From Ascidiella aspersa (taxonomy: Eukaryota), in NCBI GenBank assembly GCA_963924565.1, contig OZ004614.1:24118001-24182000 (forward strand): DNA of 64,000 nucleotides, in the 5' to 3' direction. The notes below the pieces were generated by a model that did no database searches, had not been told where the DNA came from, and saw only the letters and a program-made list of their open reading frames with translations. This document shows positions 1 to 13,095 of the stretch, in pieces. Position 1 is the stretch's first letter. Each line of letters opens with the position of its first letter. A program made the position numbers and the translations under genes.

Positions 1-3000
1 AGGCTGGTGATAACCCGAGCAAGTGCATGTCACAGATGTAACAGCGTTGATGTTCAATGTCAGTATTGTAGATGTGAGATCTAATGCAGACGAACCTAAA
101 GTAAAAATGAAGTTGTAAATAATAAACTACCCAACAACTTACACGCAACCTTTTACACACGAACTACTAATTGACAAAAAATCTTCAACAATATACGTAG
201 CGGAAAAGTTCCTTAAGACAACACGTTCCTATGTTTAATTTAAAACTTTGAATACAATATTCTTTATTTCTATATTATTAAATATCTAAAAGTAAATTTA
301 ATTACCAACTAAAAACAAATTCCACGATCGAAACATTTAACATATTTTTATTCAAATTATAATAAAGCGATTTACCGACTGTAAGTTGAACTGTTGTTGA
401 ACCAGAACAAGTCCCAGCACTATTGCTTGCAGTGAACACGACATTTCCGGTATCAGACAAGGCGACAGAGTTGATGACGTAAGTAAAACTCGTTCCAACG
501 AAATTACTTTTAACCGTTGGGTTTGTTCCACCATGAGCAACAACCACGTTAAGAGGTTCGGTGAAAAAGCCAGAGATGGTTCCTGTGAATGTCAAACTGC
601 TTCCCAATGTTGGTGTGCTGGTTGGTGACGTCACAGTTAAGTTGCGAGGAACTGCGTTAAAAAAAATATTCATTTGACAGTGGTTATAAAGTTTCTCTTT
701 AGCATAGTTCTACCGTATTGTTTATTTGTCTTTGTGTGATCTTAAATTAACGAATTTTGCCCTTGTGGAAATCAATGACATACAAAATTGTGAATCTTAA
801 CTACCATCGATGGATAAAATATGCTATCATTTCTAAAACGTATATGTGTACACCAGAGGTTCATAAACATTTTTTTTTGTGCGACACAAGTTTAAATTTT
901 GTTAACACCTCGCGACCCGATTAAGACACGGAAACATAGTATAAATTATATTGATTTTTAGTGAATTTGGTCTTAAACAAGTAATGCCCTGTAATGAACT
1001 ATATTTGTTTTAAATTTATACATGTTGTATTTTAAAGAAAAGACTTGAATATCCCAAAATATTAATGATGCAATAATTCAGTTCAACAGGACAAAACCAA
1101 AGAAGTGTGTTTGATGCAATCATATATAAATTTTTAACAGTCAAATATTTGTCAAATTTAAATTGAATCTGTGCGACCCAATTTTACCCTTGTCGACCCC
1201 TTATGTGGATGAGGGCGTAAAGCAGTGGTCGGCAAACTGAGGGCCGCGGCCGAAATGTGGGCCGAAGAGCCAATTTTAGTGGGCAGCGAGTTACCTATTA
1301 ATAGCTTAGTATTATCCTGTAGTTGTGGGCCGCGTGATAGCCTAGCATTACATTCAATGCACTTTATTTTAAAAGCAAGCAAGGAGCCATGTAATATTTC
1401 ACCTTAAAATCAGAATCCATCACTGTTTTCGTAGTGGTTGCACGTAGTGGGCCTTTAATAGATCTGAATAGACTACTTTAGGCCGCGACAAAAAAAGTTT
1501 GCCGACCACTGATGGCCTAAAGGTTACTTTATTTAGAACCACCGTCGTATAAAGAAATAAATAGTCTTGTTGTTAGTTTTACTTCCGGACAATCTTAAAC
1601 CAAGCTATTCAATAACATTAACCTAATTGAATATGCTGTTGCTTCCAGGAAGTGTTTCAATTGTACAATTGTCTTTCCGGACAAATTTTATTAAACTAAT
1701 TGCTCATCAAAACTGATTTATTGTTTTCAAGCAGTAATATTGTTTGACCGAAGGAGTGAAAAAATTTTTTTTGCAGTAAACTCATTCTGCAGAATATCAG
1801 TGGCTCTCAAAAACCAAAAAAGAGGAATAATAGATACTTTCCCCTTTAGTTTGTAGTTAATCCGATCAGAGCAATTCACCTTGGTATTTGCATATGTAGT
1901 AAAGTGGGTGAGTACACAACGCATCTCCCCACTTCCAAGTGTATGTATAACTGCCTGTTGAACCGGATCGTGTTCCAGTAAACACCATGCAACTTCCACT
2001 ACCTGATGGTCCACTTCCGTATATCCATCCGTTGTATCCCGGTGTTGACCAACTACTGCCTCCTGTTTTAAACGATTTAATGCGACAGTAAACTATTTAA
2101 TATTTCACATGCATGCAAGCATAGGTATCGTTTGCTCCCTGTTTTTCTAAGTTTGTGTTTCTTTTGTTCTTGACAAAAGAGTTATATTTACAAAGAGAAA
2201 ACGTTGACACCCATGAATTCTTATCCCCATCGCTTTCTAGCTTTCTTGTTTTTCTAAGCCAAAATAAAGAAAATAGAAAGACTGAGAAGGAAAACAAAAT
2301 GCCCCCTTTTGAAGGGAGACAGGTTAGCATTAGGATTATCACACTTATTTCTGGAGAATCGTAAGGCCTGACTATCGCGGCCGGATATAACTTTTTTCCT
2401 ACCTCACCAATTAGTTTGTATTAAACGAAAGAAGAATCTATATGTATATTGTTTAATAAAAATTGTCATAAACTTTATGAAATTGTCGTTCAGTTAAATA
2501 GTTATTTTATCTATATTTGGATTTGCATCTGATAACAAAGCGGACAGTAAAAAGCAGGCCCAACTAACTGTTTAAGTTGGAAGTTTCCAGCATTTAGTGC
2601 ATAAACATTCTGAGTGTTATATTGCTTTAAACATAAAGATCAATACAGACAGCGTCGGCAAAACCTTTGTTGATGTACTGCGCCTACGGTATTCTGTTTG
2701 ATGAACCGTCCACAAAGTAAATAAATCAACTATTTTATTCGACATACTTGCCGAAACGTCATTCTGGACTTTTTGTATGCACAACCATATTACGACAAAA
2801 TATATATTTCAACATAATATTTTTTAGCAGCAAGTTTCGCAGTAATTAAACTTATAGTTGTGACGAACTTTAATGACAAGTTATATGTAAAATTTCGCAT
2901 ACTATTAAACAAATAGCCTCACTAGTAGTTAGTTTTGTTTAACATTTCGATATTTACACATTGTACGTTACAGTATTCGGTGTATGTAACCCTTAAAATA

Positions 3001-4017
3001 CGGACTTGATTAGGTTGTTCAGACTTTGGATTTAAAAACAAACAATATTTCACGATTTTATGCAAAACTTATCATCCTTAAATAACATGCCCAACCGATA
3101 AATAGAGTTAAACGTGCAACAATTGTGGGTTAAAGTTTCTTATGGTAACACAATTACCCGAATAGCTTGAAAATGTTGTTCCGTCTGGCCACTTGAAGTC
3201 GTTTCCAGTACGTTCCCCACCGATGAAAGCATCTGACACAAGATTTGTTTTGACACTTACAATAAACAGTCTTAGACACAATGTCGATGTTTGGTATATA
3301 CTTACAGACTTGACTGTCTTGAGGCCACCCGTTTCCAACCTTGTTGCTTGCGAAAGTGCTGAGGTGGTTTTGTGTTGCTTCGTCAGGAACACTTGCCAAG
3401 TTACCACCTCCGGCAATGCAAGCTGCCTTGGCGGTTGGTTGATTTACCTTGCTGCTTGAAAGCACGAAGTTCCTTCCTTTGCATGTTGTAGCGTCTGACA
3501 ACAAGTAAAATGCTCTTCACTTTTTTTCTTACTACAAAAAGGCTTTACACAACAACAAATACACGAAGAGAATCAAAAATGTGATGCCTTTGACAAAATC
3601 CTTATAAAAATGCGCGAATTAAAAACGAACAAACGATATCAAACACAACTAACGCTTAGGCCCAATGGTCGATATAATCCATTATTTTCAAGGGAAAATA
3701 TTGGGTTAATTCAAAGCATTTGAGTTTACAATAGGAGTGCGTATTTATTGCAAAAAGTAATTGTTGCCTTAAAAACAACTGATTGTCATGTAGTGTAGGT
3801 TTAGCATGGCTCGTAAATTTTTCTTGTTCTCAAACCAAACTACCTCCTATATTGGCTTTATTGCAATATATTTCGACAGCATGGAATTTGCAACTGAGAT
3901 GACTGGATATTTGACGAAATAACAAATAAATCTTTGTTTAACACTTAAAAAAAAATATCACTCACCTGTTTTGTCGATACCAACGGCAATTACCAGTATC
4001 AACGATAAGATAAACAT
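1..4017 (-). CDS. Receptor copy A, 5' part (signal peptide, CTLD, Ig1, start of Ig2); runs off the window
   Basis: Exons 4017-3966 (MFILSLILVIAVGIDKT), 3494-3306, 3232-3158, 2062-1880, 651-376, 95-<1. Phases match copies B and C, and sizes match except exons 1 and 4. The upstream ATG of B/C is GTG here, so the second ATG is used. Confidence 0.8.
1223..1511. mobile_element. hAT/Charlie-type MITE in intron 4 of receptor A
   Basis: Perfect TIR CAGTGGTCGGCAAAC / GTTTGCCGACCACTG; shared with copies B and C. Confidence 0.75.
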
Positions 4018-7000
4018 TACGTAAAACACAAGGAAACTGTTTGACGAGAAAGGCTCAATAGTTTAAGCGCTGCTATCCTTGCTGATCCGAAACAAACTAA
4101 CCTTATGAATAAAGGTTGTATGTGGGCCAAGCAAGCCAGCAGGCGAATAACAAAATATGTATACGTATAAGAACGAGGCGTTTAAAATCCTACAGTGTTT
4201 CTAAGTGACTATGACGAAAGCAAAACCTACAAAGAACTGCCTACAGATGTACAGAGGTTTGCCACAGTATTTATGAGATAACTACCCCTCTTACGATTTT
4301 AATATCAGCAACTTATTACATACTACCTTATCAAACTAAAAATGCAGATACACCGTAGGTCAAAAGACTGATGTTTCACCATTGTTTTGGGTGTTTCTGC
4401 ACAAATGGTTAAGGGCCATACCCGCCACAGTAAGGTGGCCTACATACCTATCGTCCTATATAAAATCATTATGCCAACCTGATTGCTAAAAGATGATATC
4501 TATAGCATTAACAGTGGTTGTAGAACTGTTGGTCGTAAAATTTACAGACAAACGTTAATGGAAATATGTAACTTCCCGAAAAACTTTTCACAGCGCGTCG
4601 TATGAGAAACACAAAATCTTATGACGGCCAGGCTAAAATAGGTAGTCAAATGCACACAATATGACGCCATACTACGGACGCTACGAAACGCGTAAGCTTA
4701 CTTAAGAAACCCGTTTTTACGTTGGTAATTGTGCGCAAATGTGCAACTGAAAACGATTTAAAGCAACGGAAAAAACAAATTACTCAATATATTGATGTTC
4801 ATCGAGTTGTGGGTGCACGTTGACCCAAGAAGAGTAAGGCACAACAAACACCTAGCACGTTCGCTCAAAGCACAAAAACGCTCAAAGCACAAAAAACTTG
4901 TAGCGTTTGCTGATGTGTCATTTACGATGCGATGTTTATATTGGCAATAATCGGCTAAACCCGAGATAGTTGTATTACTATACAAAAATGGTGAATCTTG
5001 AGAGATGGAAAACGCCCGTTATACATTTGCTCGAAGCGCAAAATGCATCTATAACAATTTAGTTTGAAAAGTTTTGTTTACAATGAGTGCCACATAACAG
5101 AGGGAGCCTTTTACCTGTTGGCCTAAAGATGCCGTCAGTTATGCGTAAATCATATGAGTGTTCACAAATGTGGTGTATGTTCTCATCAAAGACACAACGG
5201 AAGAGTGTACTTTGTGCTTTGCTGACTTTATATTGAACATTTTCTTAAAATTACAGGAGTTGTCAATGTTTTGTCAAATCAGCACAGAAAACACAAAAAA
5301 GCGCCTTAAGAAAAATAAGCCGCAGGCCGGATTAAATTCCTTGGCGGGCTAGACCCGGCCCACGGCCTATTTTGACATGGTATGCAGTGAGATGAGACTA
5401 AATATAATTACTTGTTTATTATATTACCTTTTATCAGTTAGGTTTTCAAATAGACTCAGGCCTAACAAAACTTCCGATGTCATCTGGTTGATCTCTATTA
5501 GAAACACAAACCGTGGGAACCAGCTTGTGCGCCTTTGTTTGTATTTTTTGTAAGAAATAACATCTTGTTGAACGACGAAGAAAAACATTCGTGATCTACT
5601 ATAAAAACATTTGGCTATAGTCTTGCTGAATCCGTGTGTAGTGTTTCCTTTTATTAAAATATTAGCTACGACTAATTATCGTGCAAGACCTGTTTGCTGA
5701 AATAAATAACGTGCAGACTATTGCTACGCCGTTTACGCAAAACCTAACCTCCTTCTATTCATGCGTTTCAACGGTTAAATCAAAATAAATAAAAAGATAA
5801 GAATGTTGTACTTTATTATATCAACTATAAGATATGTCCGACAATACCGAATCGGTACAAATCCGATATACTATGGTCGGTATCGGTGCCGATCCGCTGC
5901 CAATTAATTTGTGCTTATCAGCATTTTTTCGCGATTAAATGAGTTTACTTCTAACGAAATGTTAGGCTTAAAAAAATCGAAGATAAATAAGCTTCACAAC
6001 GCAGATATGCGCCACTAAAACTAATTTTGCTTAATAACCTCACAGACGATTTTGTTTGGATATCAGAATAAAACATAAAATAATCGGGGGAGACTGCAAA
6101 GGTAAAGTGGCAAAGCTTCGATTGTGAATGCTAATAAATCTAAATTGTCCAACAAAATATTTTATTTTTTATTTTTATTTTTTTATTAAATTTACCGACA
6201 TTCAGATAACCTAGTCAGGAAATCTTAATCTGGACAATAAACTTGCGACTCAGAAAAAAAATATATGCCATCATTGTCATTTATTATTGGTTGTGAAACT
6301 GTGTACAGAAGTAGATTTCCTAATGCATCAAAACAAAAGTTAATCAAATAAGGTACCAGTTTACATAAAGGCTAATAAGAAAACCGACGAGAATATGTGA
6401 ATAAATATGTTTATTTTGGCAGCATTTCCACACACTGTTTTTGCATCATTTAAACCAGGGATGTCCAACATTTTATTATAGTGGGATGTAACAACGAGTT
6501 ACTTTATCAATATAATTTAACTTAAACAAAATCAATCAGTTAGCATAAATATATTGTTGAAACTCGGACAGCAGTAAATTTAAAAAAAAAAAAAAAATTT
6601 GATATAGAAACACTTGAAAACAAGTTGTGTGATTAGTGCAATACTTCGCATAGGTCTGTAACTTATACAATAGTCATACAGAAAACGGTATCAGGGATAC
6701 AAATAGACTTTGCAGGCTTCATTCTGGCATAACGTTAAACATCCCACATATTGTACAAGACAAACACAATGTTCTATATTGGTATGGCATTCCTACAATT
6801 ATAACAGGAGTCTCATTACGTTGGTAGATGTTAGAAGGAGGCGAACTAATTTTAAGTAGGAGGGCGGAATGAATAACATTTTAATATTGTTGTTTTGTTC
6901 ATTTTTGCAACCCGGCCGAACGTAAACAATAGTTTATTATAGGCTGGCTATCAATCACAAAACAACTTCACGAAACAATGCGTGGCATAAAAATACGTGT

Positions 7001-7447
7001 TGTCCTTTCATTATGAAAATACCCATATTCAACAAATATTTTGTGGACTTGGTACCTATTTTTATAAGATAGCTACACCCAAGGTTGTCCCCTGAAATTC
7101 CTCCAGTGTTCGTCACAATAAGATTTTTAATAAAGTAAAAAAGCATGAGCTGTTGAAACATTTTTAATTTGTTAACGCGATAAAGCTGGTTATTATAACT
7201 AAAGGATACCGAGTCTATGGAATCTGGTCAACGTACGCATTTAAGGAATCAACATGCAGCCTATTCTTAAACTTAAGATAAAGTATAGAAACAGAGACTA
7301 TACTTTTGCGTTTAATGAACCACACAAAGTATATTTCGGTTGGCAGCGGGAAATTATTTCTGTAAAGGAAAATTCTCATTGGGTTTCGTAAATTTTTGCA
7401 GAGGTTGCAGGTAACATGAAACATATACTTTACTATAACATTATACG

Positions 7448-7676
7448 CAAGCACTTGTAATACAGAGTTGTGAGTTGTCTTGTCGCTTTGTATTTGTGAA
7501 CGTTGTCTCACACATTTTATCTCCTTTTTTCTTTGTGTCATTGTATTTTGTGTCCTGTTGGCCGTGTGTGTCATTCCCTGATGAAGGCTTTCCGAATAGT
7601 AAGCTGAAACGTTGGTTTAACAATTATATACCAGAAGAACTTATTTTTATTATTATTATTCACAAGCACTTGTAAT
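7448..7676 (+). mobile_element. Penelope-like/retrozyme-type short insertion with hammerhead-like motif
   Basis: CTGATGA-A-GGCTT..AAGCT-GAAAC at 7578-7610; (TAT)n tail; 14-bp direct repeat CAAGCACTTGTAAT at 7448-7461 and 7663-7676. Confidence 0.6.
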
Positions 7677-8725
7677 TACATAAGCGCAGCCGATTACTTT
7701 AACAAGTGTTTAGAATTAGGCGATCAAATTGGAACTTATACATCAGGGGCATGTAAAGGGCCTAATAAATATTATGCAAATTCACTACAGGCAAAAAACA
7801 TTGCACACTGCAACATAAGATAGGTAATAATAAGACTAAATTATTTTTTCCTGAGAAAAAATTTGGAAAATTTCTTGGGAGTTGAAATGGCACAGGCATA
7901 AGTATAAAGTAACAGAAGGTTGCTTCCTTCAAGTCTTTTTGATTCTCCTCGCTTTCAAAGATTTGCTTTTTTGCTTGAGGCTCTGGCGTGAAACGTATTC
8001 GTCATTTTCGCTCCTGCTTTCTGACCAAAAACGAAAAGTATAGGTATAGGTTAAAAACATTGTTGTAATGACTTAAGTCAATGAATTGAATTAAGTGCAC
8101 TTAAGTTTAAATAACTTGGCTTGACTTAAGTCGTTTAGACAAATGCAATGGGTGAAATTAAGTGTTTTTATAACGTCAATCGATCGTTTATATTGAATGT
8201 AATATGCTATGAAATGAAACGTCCAAGATGAAAGATCCACGCTTGATAGAAAATCAAAGGCTGAAGGGATGAACTTTTGCTGCAAATACCAGCAACCTAG
8301 CGTGCCTTTGTCCCCTAAATACAATGCCGCGTGCGAACCAAATTCATAAACTGACGTTTAGCGAAGGAAGTGACATCATAAGTGTGTTATGATTGATCAA
8401 ACAGTAAACTACCCTTTCAATTCTATACGAACATGGTTTTATAGGCTACCGATGGCGGCTGTTTTCCTTTTTTTACTTATATAGCGAGCGCTCGTTTTCA
8501 TCCAATTTATCGCAGGCTTAGACTATCAAAGCCTAATCGGCGTTTTTATTTCAGTTTCCTTTCAATTGAACGCGCTGTCAATTTTTTTTGATTATGGGTA
8601 AGCAATCCAAAGATAAAAATTATTGGGCTGTTGGCCGGCACCAAAACAGCTGATAATTTTGAACAAAGCTGACATTAAGGTCATCTATAGGTAAAATTTC
8701 CAATACAATTATAATGCAACCTATA

Positions 8726-9125
8726 CGAGATAATTTAAACAACTTGCCATATGATACTTTTTAAACTTTTATGTTTTTGCGAAATGTCTCTCCGCAAAAT
8801 AAACTTTTAAAGAAGAATTTTTCATTATGAAAATACCCATATCCAACCAATATTTTGTGGACTAGGTATCTATTTTTATAAGATAGCTACACCCAAGGTT
8901 GTCCCCTGAAATTCCTCCAGTGTTTGTCACGATAAGATTTTTAATGAAGTAAAAAAGCATGAGCTGTTGAAACAATTTTTTATTTGTTAACGCGATAAAG
9001 CTGGTTACTTTAACTAAAGAATACCAAGTCGAGATAATTTAAACAACTTGCCATATGATACTTTTTAAACTTTTATGTTTTTGCGAAATGTCTCTCCGCA
9101 AAATAAACTTTTAAAGAAGAATTTT
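8726..9125 (+). repeat. 96-bp direct repeat flanking a ~208-bp copy of 7008-7214
   Basis: 8726-8821 matches 9030-9125; 8822-9029 is homologous to 7008-7214. Confidence 0.9.
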
Positions 9126-11144
9126 GTTTGAAACTTATAATATGTTTATGTTGTTCTATTGTTATTGGTTTCCTTTTGTTTAACTTGCTTCGCTTAATTG
9201 CACTTCACTTCTTGTTTTATTTCGTTTCTTGCCATTACACCTTTATTTTCGCTCGTAATCACTCATTGTTTTCCACTTTTGTTTCAGCCCTGAAGGGTCG
9301 TTTCTTCGTTTGCAATGCGAACCGTTTTTATAGCACGAGGGCAGTCTTGTTTTAGTTGTGGTGTGAGACGGACACTTTAGGAGCAAGCCAGCTGGCGTTC
9401 GCGCGTTCGCTCAATAAAAGAGCCCACCGTTCAATATTAGGTTTGCTAATTTAGTTGTATGCGTACACCAGATCAGAGACAGGCAGTTAAGCAAGAACAA
9501 AATATGGCTTAAAATTCAGACATGAAGTGACGGATTGAAGAAATGGCATAAGCTTCAATATATTTACTTCCATCATACCGAGAGTTGCAAATCAGAGCGC
9601 AATTGGTTTTTAACCGATCTCACTAATGGCCACAGCAATTGCAAATGTCTTGGGAAGGATGCAAGAATATTTATACCATAGTGCCGTGGTTCTGAACTAG
9701 CGTCCCATCGAACCCTTGGGGTTCGACACAGCTGTTTCAAGGGTTCGGCAAGAACGTCCTCTGAAACTTGGGCTGGTTGTATTAGAAAACACCTTGTATT
9801 TTGAAGTTTCATTTTGAAGACTTACATTGCATAAAAGTCAAAAATATTTATGGAAAAACTTTAGTTTGTTTTTGAGGTTTTCTGCTAAAATCGTGATTTC
9901 CATTCAAGATTACAACGCTTAATTCCTTGATTGTTACAATTTACATTAAGCATCAGGTTAAAGTACAAGGTTATGTATTTGAATCAAATTTTCAATCATA
10001 TATAGTTTACAATTTATTTGAATAACATAAATAGAATAAAGTAACCAACTTAAGCGCCCAGGTTAAATATTTGAAATAAGTTCGTAATACATATTTTACA
10101 AATATCCCTATATTCGAAAGTGCAGACTGATACCAACGTATATTTTTTTATAAATTGACATTTTGCTTAATAATGGAAACAATTGTGTTTCCAGATTATG
10201 AAACACATCACTAAGGCTTAGTAAAATATTCAGCTATTCTATAATTGTTATAAATTTAGCTAAAAGCATCACCAATAACAGTAACGCATAAAGCGGAAAT
10301 TCAAAAGAGATAAATATTTATATTTTGTTAAAAACATCCTTAATATCTGCAACATAAAACTGAAATAGAAAAAAACGTAGAATTATAGCTACAGTGTTTT
10401 TGATTCACACGTTTGCATTAAATTGCTTTTAGCAAAATGTCTATAAATTGGAAAAATAAATTTAGTGCTGGAAATCTAATTTTATATGTTAGTCCCCCTA
10501 ATATGCATATTTTAATTATTTGTCGTTGTTTTTAACACAGTGTACTTTCTTAATAGGTTAATGTTCGGCATGACATTTTGAATTCACGTTCATGCTAACG
10601 CAACTTGTTCCTATAGAATCATAAAGAAACAGACACAAATTCTTTCCAAGTATGATCTTTTATTTACTTTCCATCCCGGCGAAAGACAAGCCTAAAAATC
10701 AAGGTTTGTAATCAAATGTCTTCAATTGTATATTTATACAACTCTACATAATAGCCCATCTAGGATTATTAAATGGGAATAGGAATTTTAGTTATTACCT
10801 AATTCAAATTTGACACAAAGTCCAAAACCATTCGTTTAACGTCGGCGCAGAACAGAAATTATGTTTTTTTATCAAAATTAATTTTTAAACAATTAGGACA
10901 ATTTTTTTAAATGTCCCTGAAGCACTCGCCTCAATTGCATAAGATAACGTTTAAAATTTGTCTGATCCTGGTTTTATTTGGATTTCAATTTTAGAGTTTC
11001 ATTGTTGATTAGTGAACTTGGTTAAGCGAATTGTAAAAAAATACTGTTTTTGTTTATTTAGCTTTAGTTACAGTTGAGAAAAAGTTCAAATTTAAGTTTT
11101 GCCACTGTCCCCATAAAAAATATTTTATTTTGTTGTTACCGCTT

Positions 11145-12381
11145 TCAAGCCTCTGGATTCAATACAACTTCATCTGCATCGAAGTCTTCGAAAGCTAAAA
11201 ACAATAATATTGCACTTCGCGGTTAGTTTGATTAAAACTTTTATCCAAAAGAAATGGCTGATGATTAGCATTATAAACATTAAATTAAAATAACCAGAAT
11301 AGGTATACTCTAGTACACATATAAATTATTTTAATTAATCACTCTTTAAAAAAAAGCAAAACTCATATGCTACCTTCAAGATTTTGCCTTTCATCCCTGA
11401 AAAAAATATAGTGTTATTACAATTGATTTGTAACAAATTAATTAAAATAACGATTGTGTATTTTATTACTACAACTAGGATTGTCGGATGCATTTTATTA
11501 TGATGCAGATGCCAAATAATTTGGACAAAAAGTATTGCAATTAAATAGCGATAATGACGTCATTTCTATGCTTATACAAGCAAATTTGATGAAATGTTTT
11601 ATTGTTTGAAATTTGCTTTAATGTTACCAAGTTTAAATACATAGAGTTGTTAATCTCTTGTTTTTTGATAAATGCATCATAAAATGTAGAAATGACTTGA
11701 TTGGAATGCAAATTATTGGTAAAATCGTTACAATAATTTGGTATCGGATCGGTACCGATACCGACCTAGTATCGGGCAACTACCGATACTACCACTGGGC
11801 ATCGGGGATCGGCTTTCATCCGATATTATCAAACATCCTTAATTACTACAGTGCATAGAAGCACACCTTACTCCACTGCATAGCGGTGGTACCAGAGTTG
11901 GATCAATTGTAATTTGTAATTGATGTAATTAATTATAGGTTTTAATGTAATTGTAATTATAACGTAATTGTGGCACTTTCGTTCTGTGTAATTCTAATTG
12001 CAATGGTAATTTGCTAAAATTTTGGCTCAATCAATTGATATTGAGAAAATTGAAGTTCCAATGCCGAAAATTGTAATTGATGTAATTAATTACAGTTCTA
12101 ATGTAATGATAATCGTAATGTAATTGAAACATTTAAGGGAGTAATTGTAATTGCAATTGAACTGAATCTATGTAATTGATCCAACTTTTTTGGTAAAATA
12201 ACATACAACTAAAATACCCTCCGTTGCCAATATAAGTTGGTTATTGCACTTACCCGCACCACGTTCCAGTGCACCATCTCCTTCTTCTACCTCCGAAAAC
12301 CCTCCGTCTTCTACCCGCCTCTGTCGCCGACAGCAGCAGACAAGTCATCAAAAGCACGACCAAAAGCAGCCTAGAGTTCAT
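11145..12381 (-). CDS. Secreted Arg-rich peptide precursor, copy 1 (putative antimicrobial peptide), 66 aa
   Basis: Exons 12381-12254, 11396-11374, 11194-11145 give MNSRLLLVVLLMTCLLLSATEA-GRRRRVFGGRRRRWCTGTWCG-DERQNLEAFEDFDADEVVLNPEA*. Signal peptide, cationic core and anionic propiece; canonical splice sites; AATAAA just after the stop. Confidence 0.82.
11476..11842. mobile_element. ATCGGT-repeat MITE in intron 1 of peptide gene 1 (paralog ~41670-42032)
   Basis: TAGGATTGTCGGAT...ATCAAACATCCT ends; clustered GGTATCGG/CCGATACC repeats; related pieces at ~5830-5900 and ~35375-35450. Confidence 0.5.
11893..12192. mobile_element. GTAATT-repeat MITE in intron 1 of peptide gene 1 (paralog ~42082-42377)
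   Basis: Ends AGTTGGATCAATT / AATTGATCCAACT; dense TGTAAT repeats. Confidence 0.6.
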
Positions 12382-12778
12382 TGTGAGTTGCACTAAGTTT
12401 ACACAAACTGAAAAGTAAGATAACTTGGTTAACAGTGTACGGATAAGCCGATTGCGGCGAAATCCTTTGCACGAATTCAGTCAACATTTTCTGGCTCAGT
12501 GCATTTCTACTGTCGCTGCACAAGCTTTCCAAATAAACCATATAATTCAAACTTTTCTTAGGTTGATCACTAAATAATGAATAAAAAAATATCGTTGGAA
12601 GCCGCAGATTTCCGATTACAGTTCGATGTAATGCGCCAAAGAGAGAATATAACTTTCGACAGTCGCAATATATTTGCAGAAATATCCTAAACGACGCATA
12701 GAATCTGAAGGCTGCTCGCGTTCTTTGCGTATAACGTGAACAACAATTTAGAACCAATTCACTAATGCACTGTCTATA

Positions 12779-13095
12779 GGTCTAAGCATTAGCTCGGTGA
12801 CACACACTTAAGAAGTTGCATAGCGCGCCGTGTGGCAAGAATGTTCCCATAAACGCAAGTCACAATCTTTATTAGAGATTTCCTTCCGTTCCAGGCCCGA
12901 CCAAACGTGTTATGACGCGTAATCATCACCAGAATTACATCCGTATTTCCTTCCTTTTTCACAGCTTTATCCATCACATACGCTTGCAATGTTGTCTCTT
13001 AGAGCAAAACTTATCAATCTACATAAGTTTTAAGTTTTTGCTAAGTTTTTGCTCAGGGTGCAAGCTATTCTCTCATCATTCCGTTTCATAGCTTT
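12779..13095 (-). pseudogene. Locally amplified ~300-bp segment, possibly a decayed C-type lectin exon (also ~14092-14470, 16320-16490, 42995-43335, 45110-45280)
   Basis: Composite translation of the copies across stops and frameshifts: KTYVD..KFC ... HVWLGLE ... CDLRLWEHPCHTARYATSYVCTE. Confidence 0.35.
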
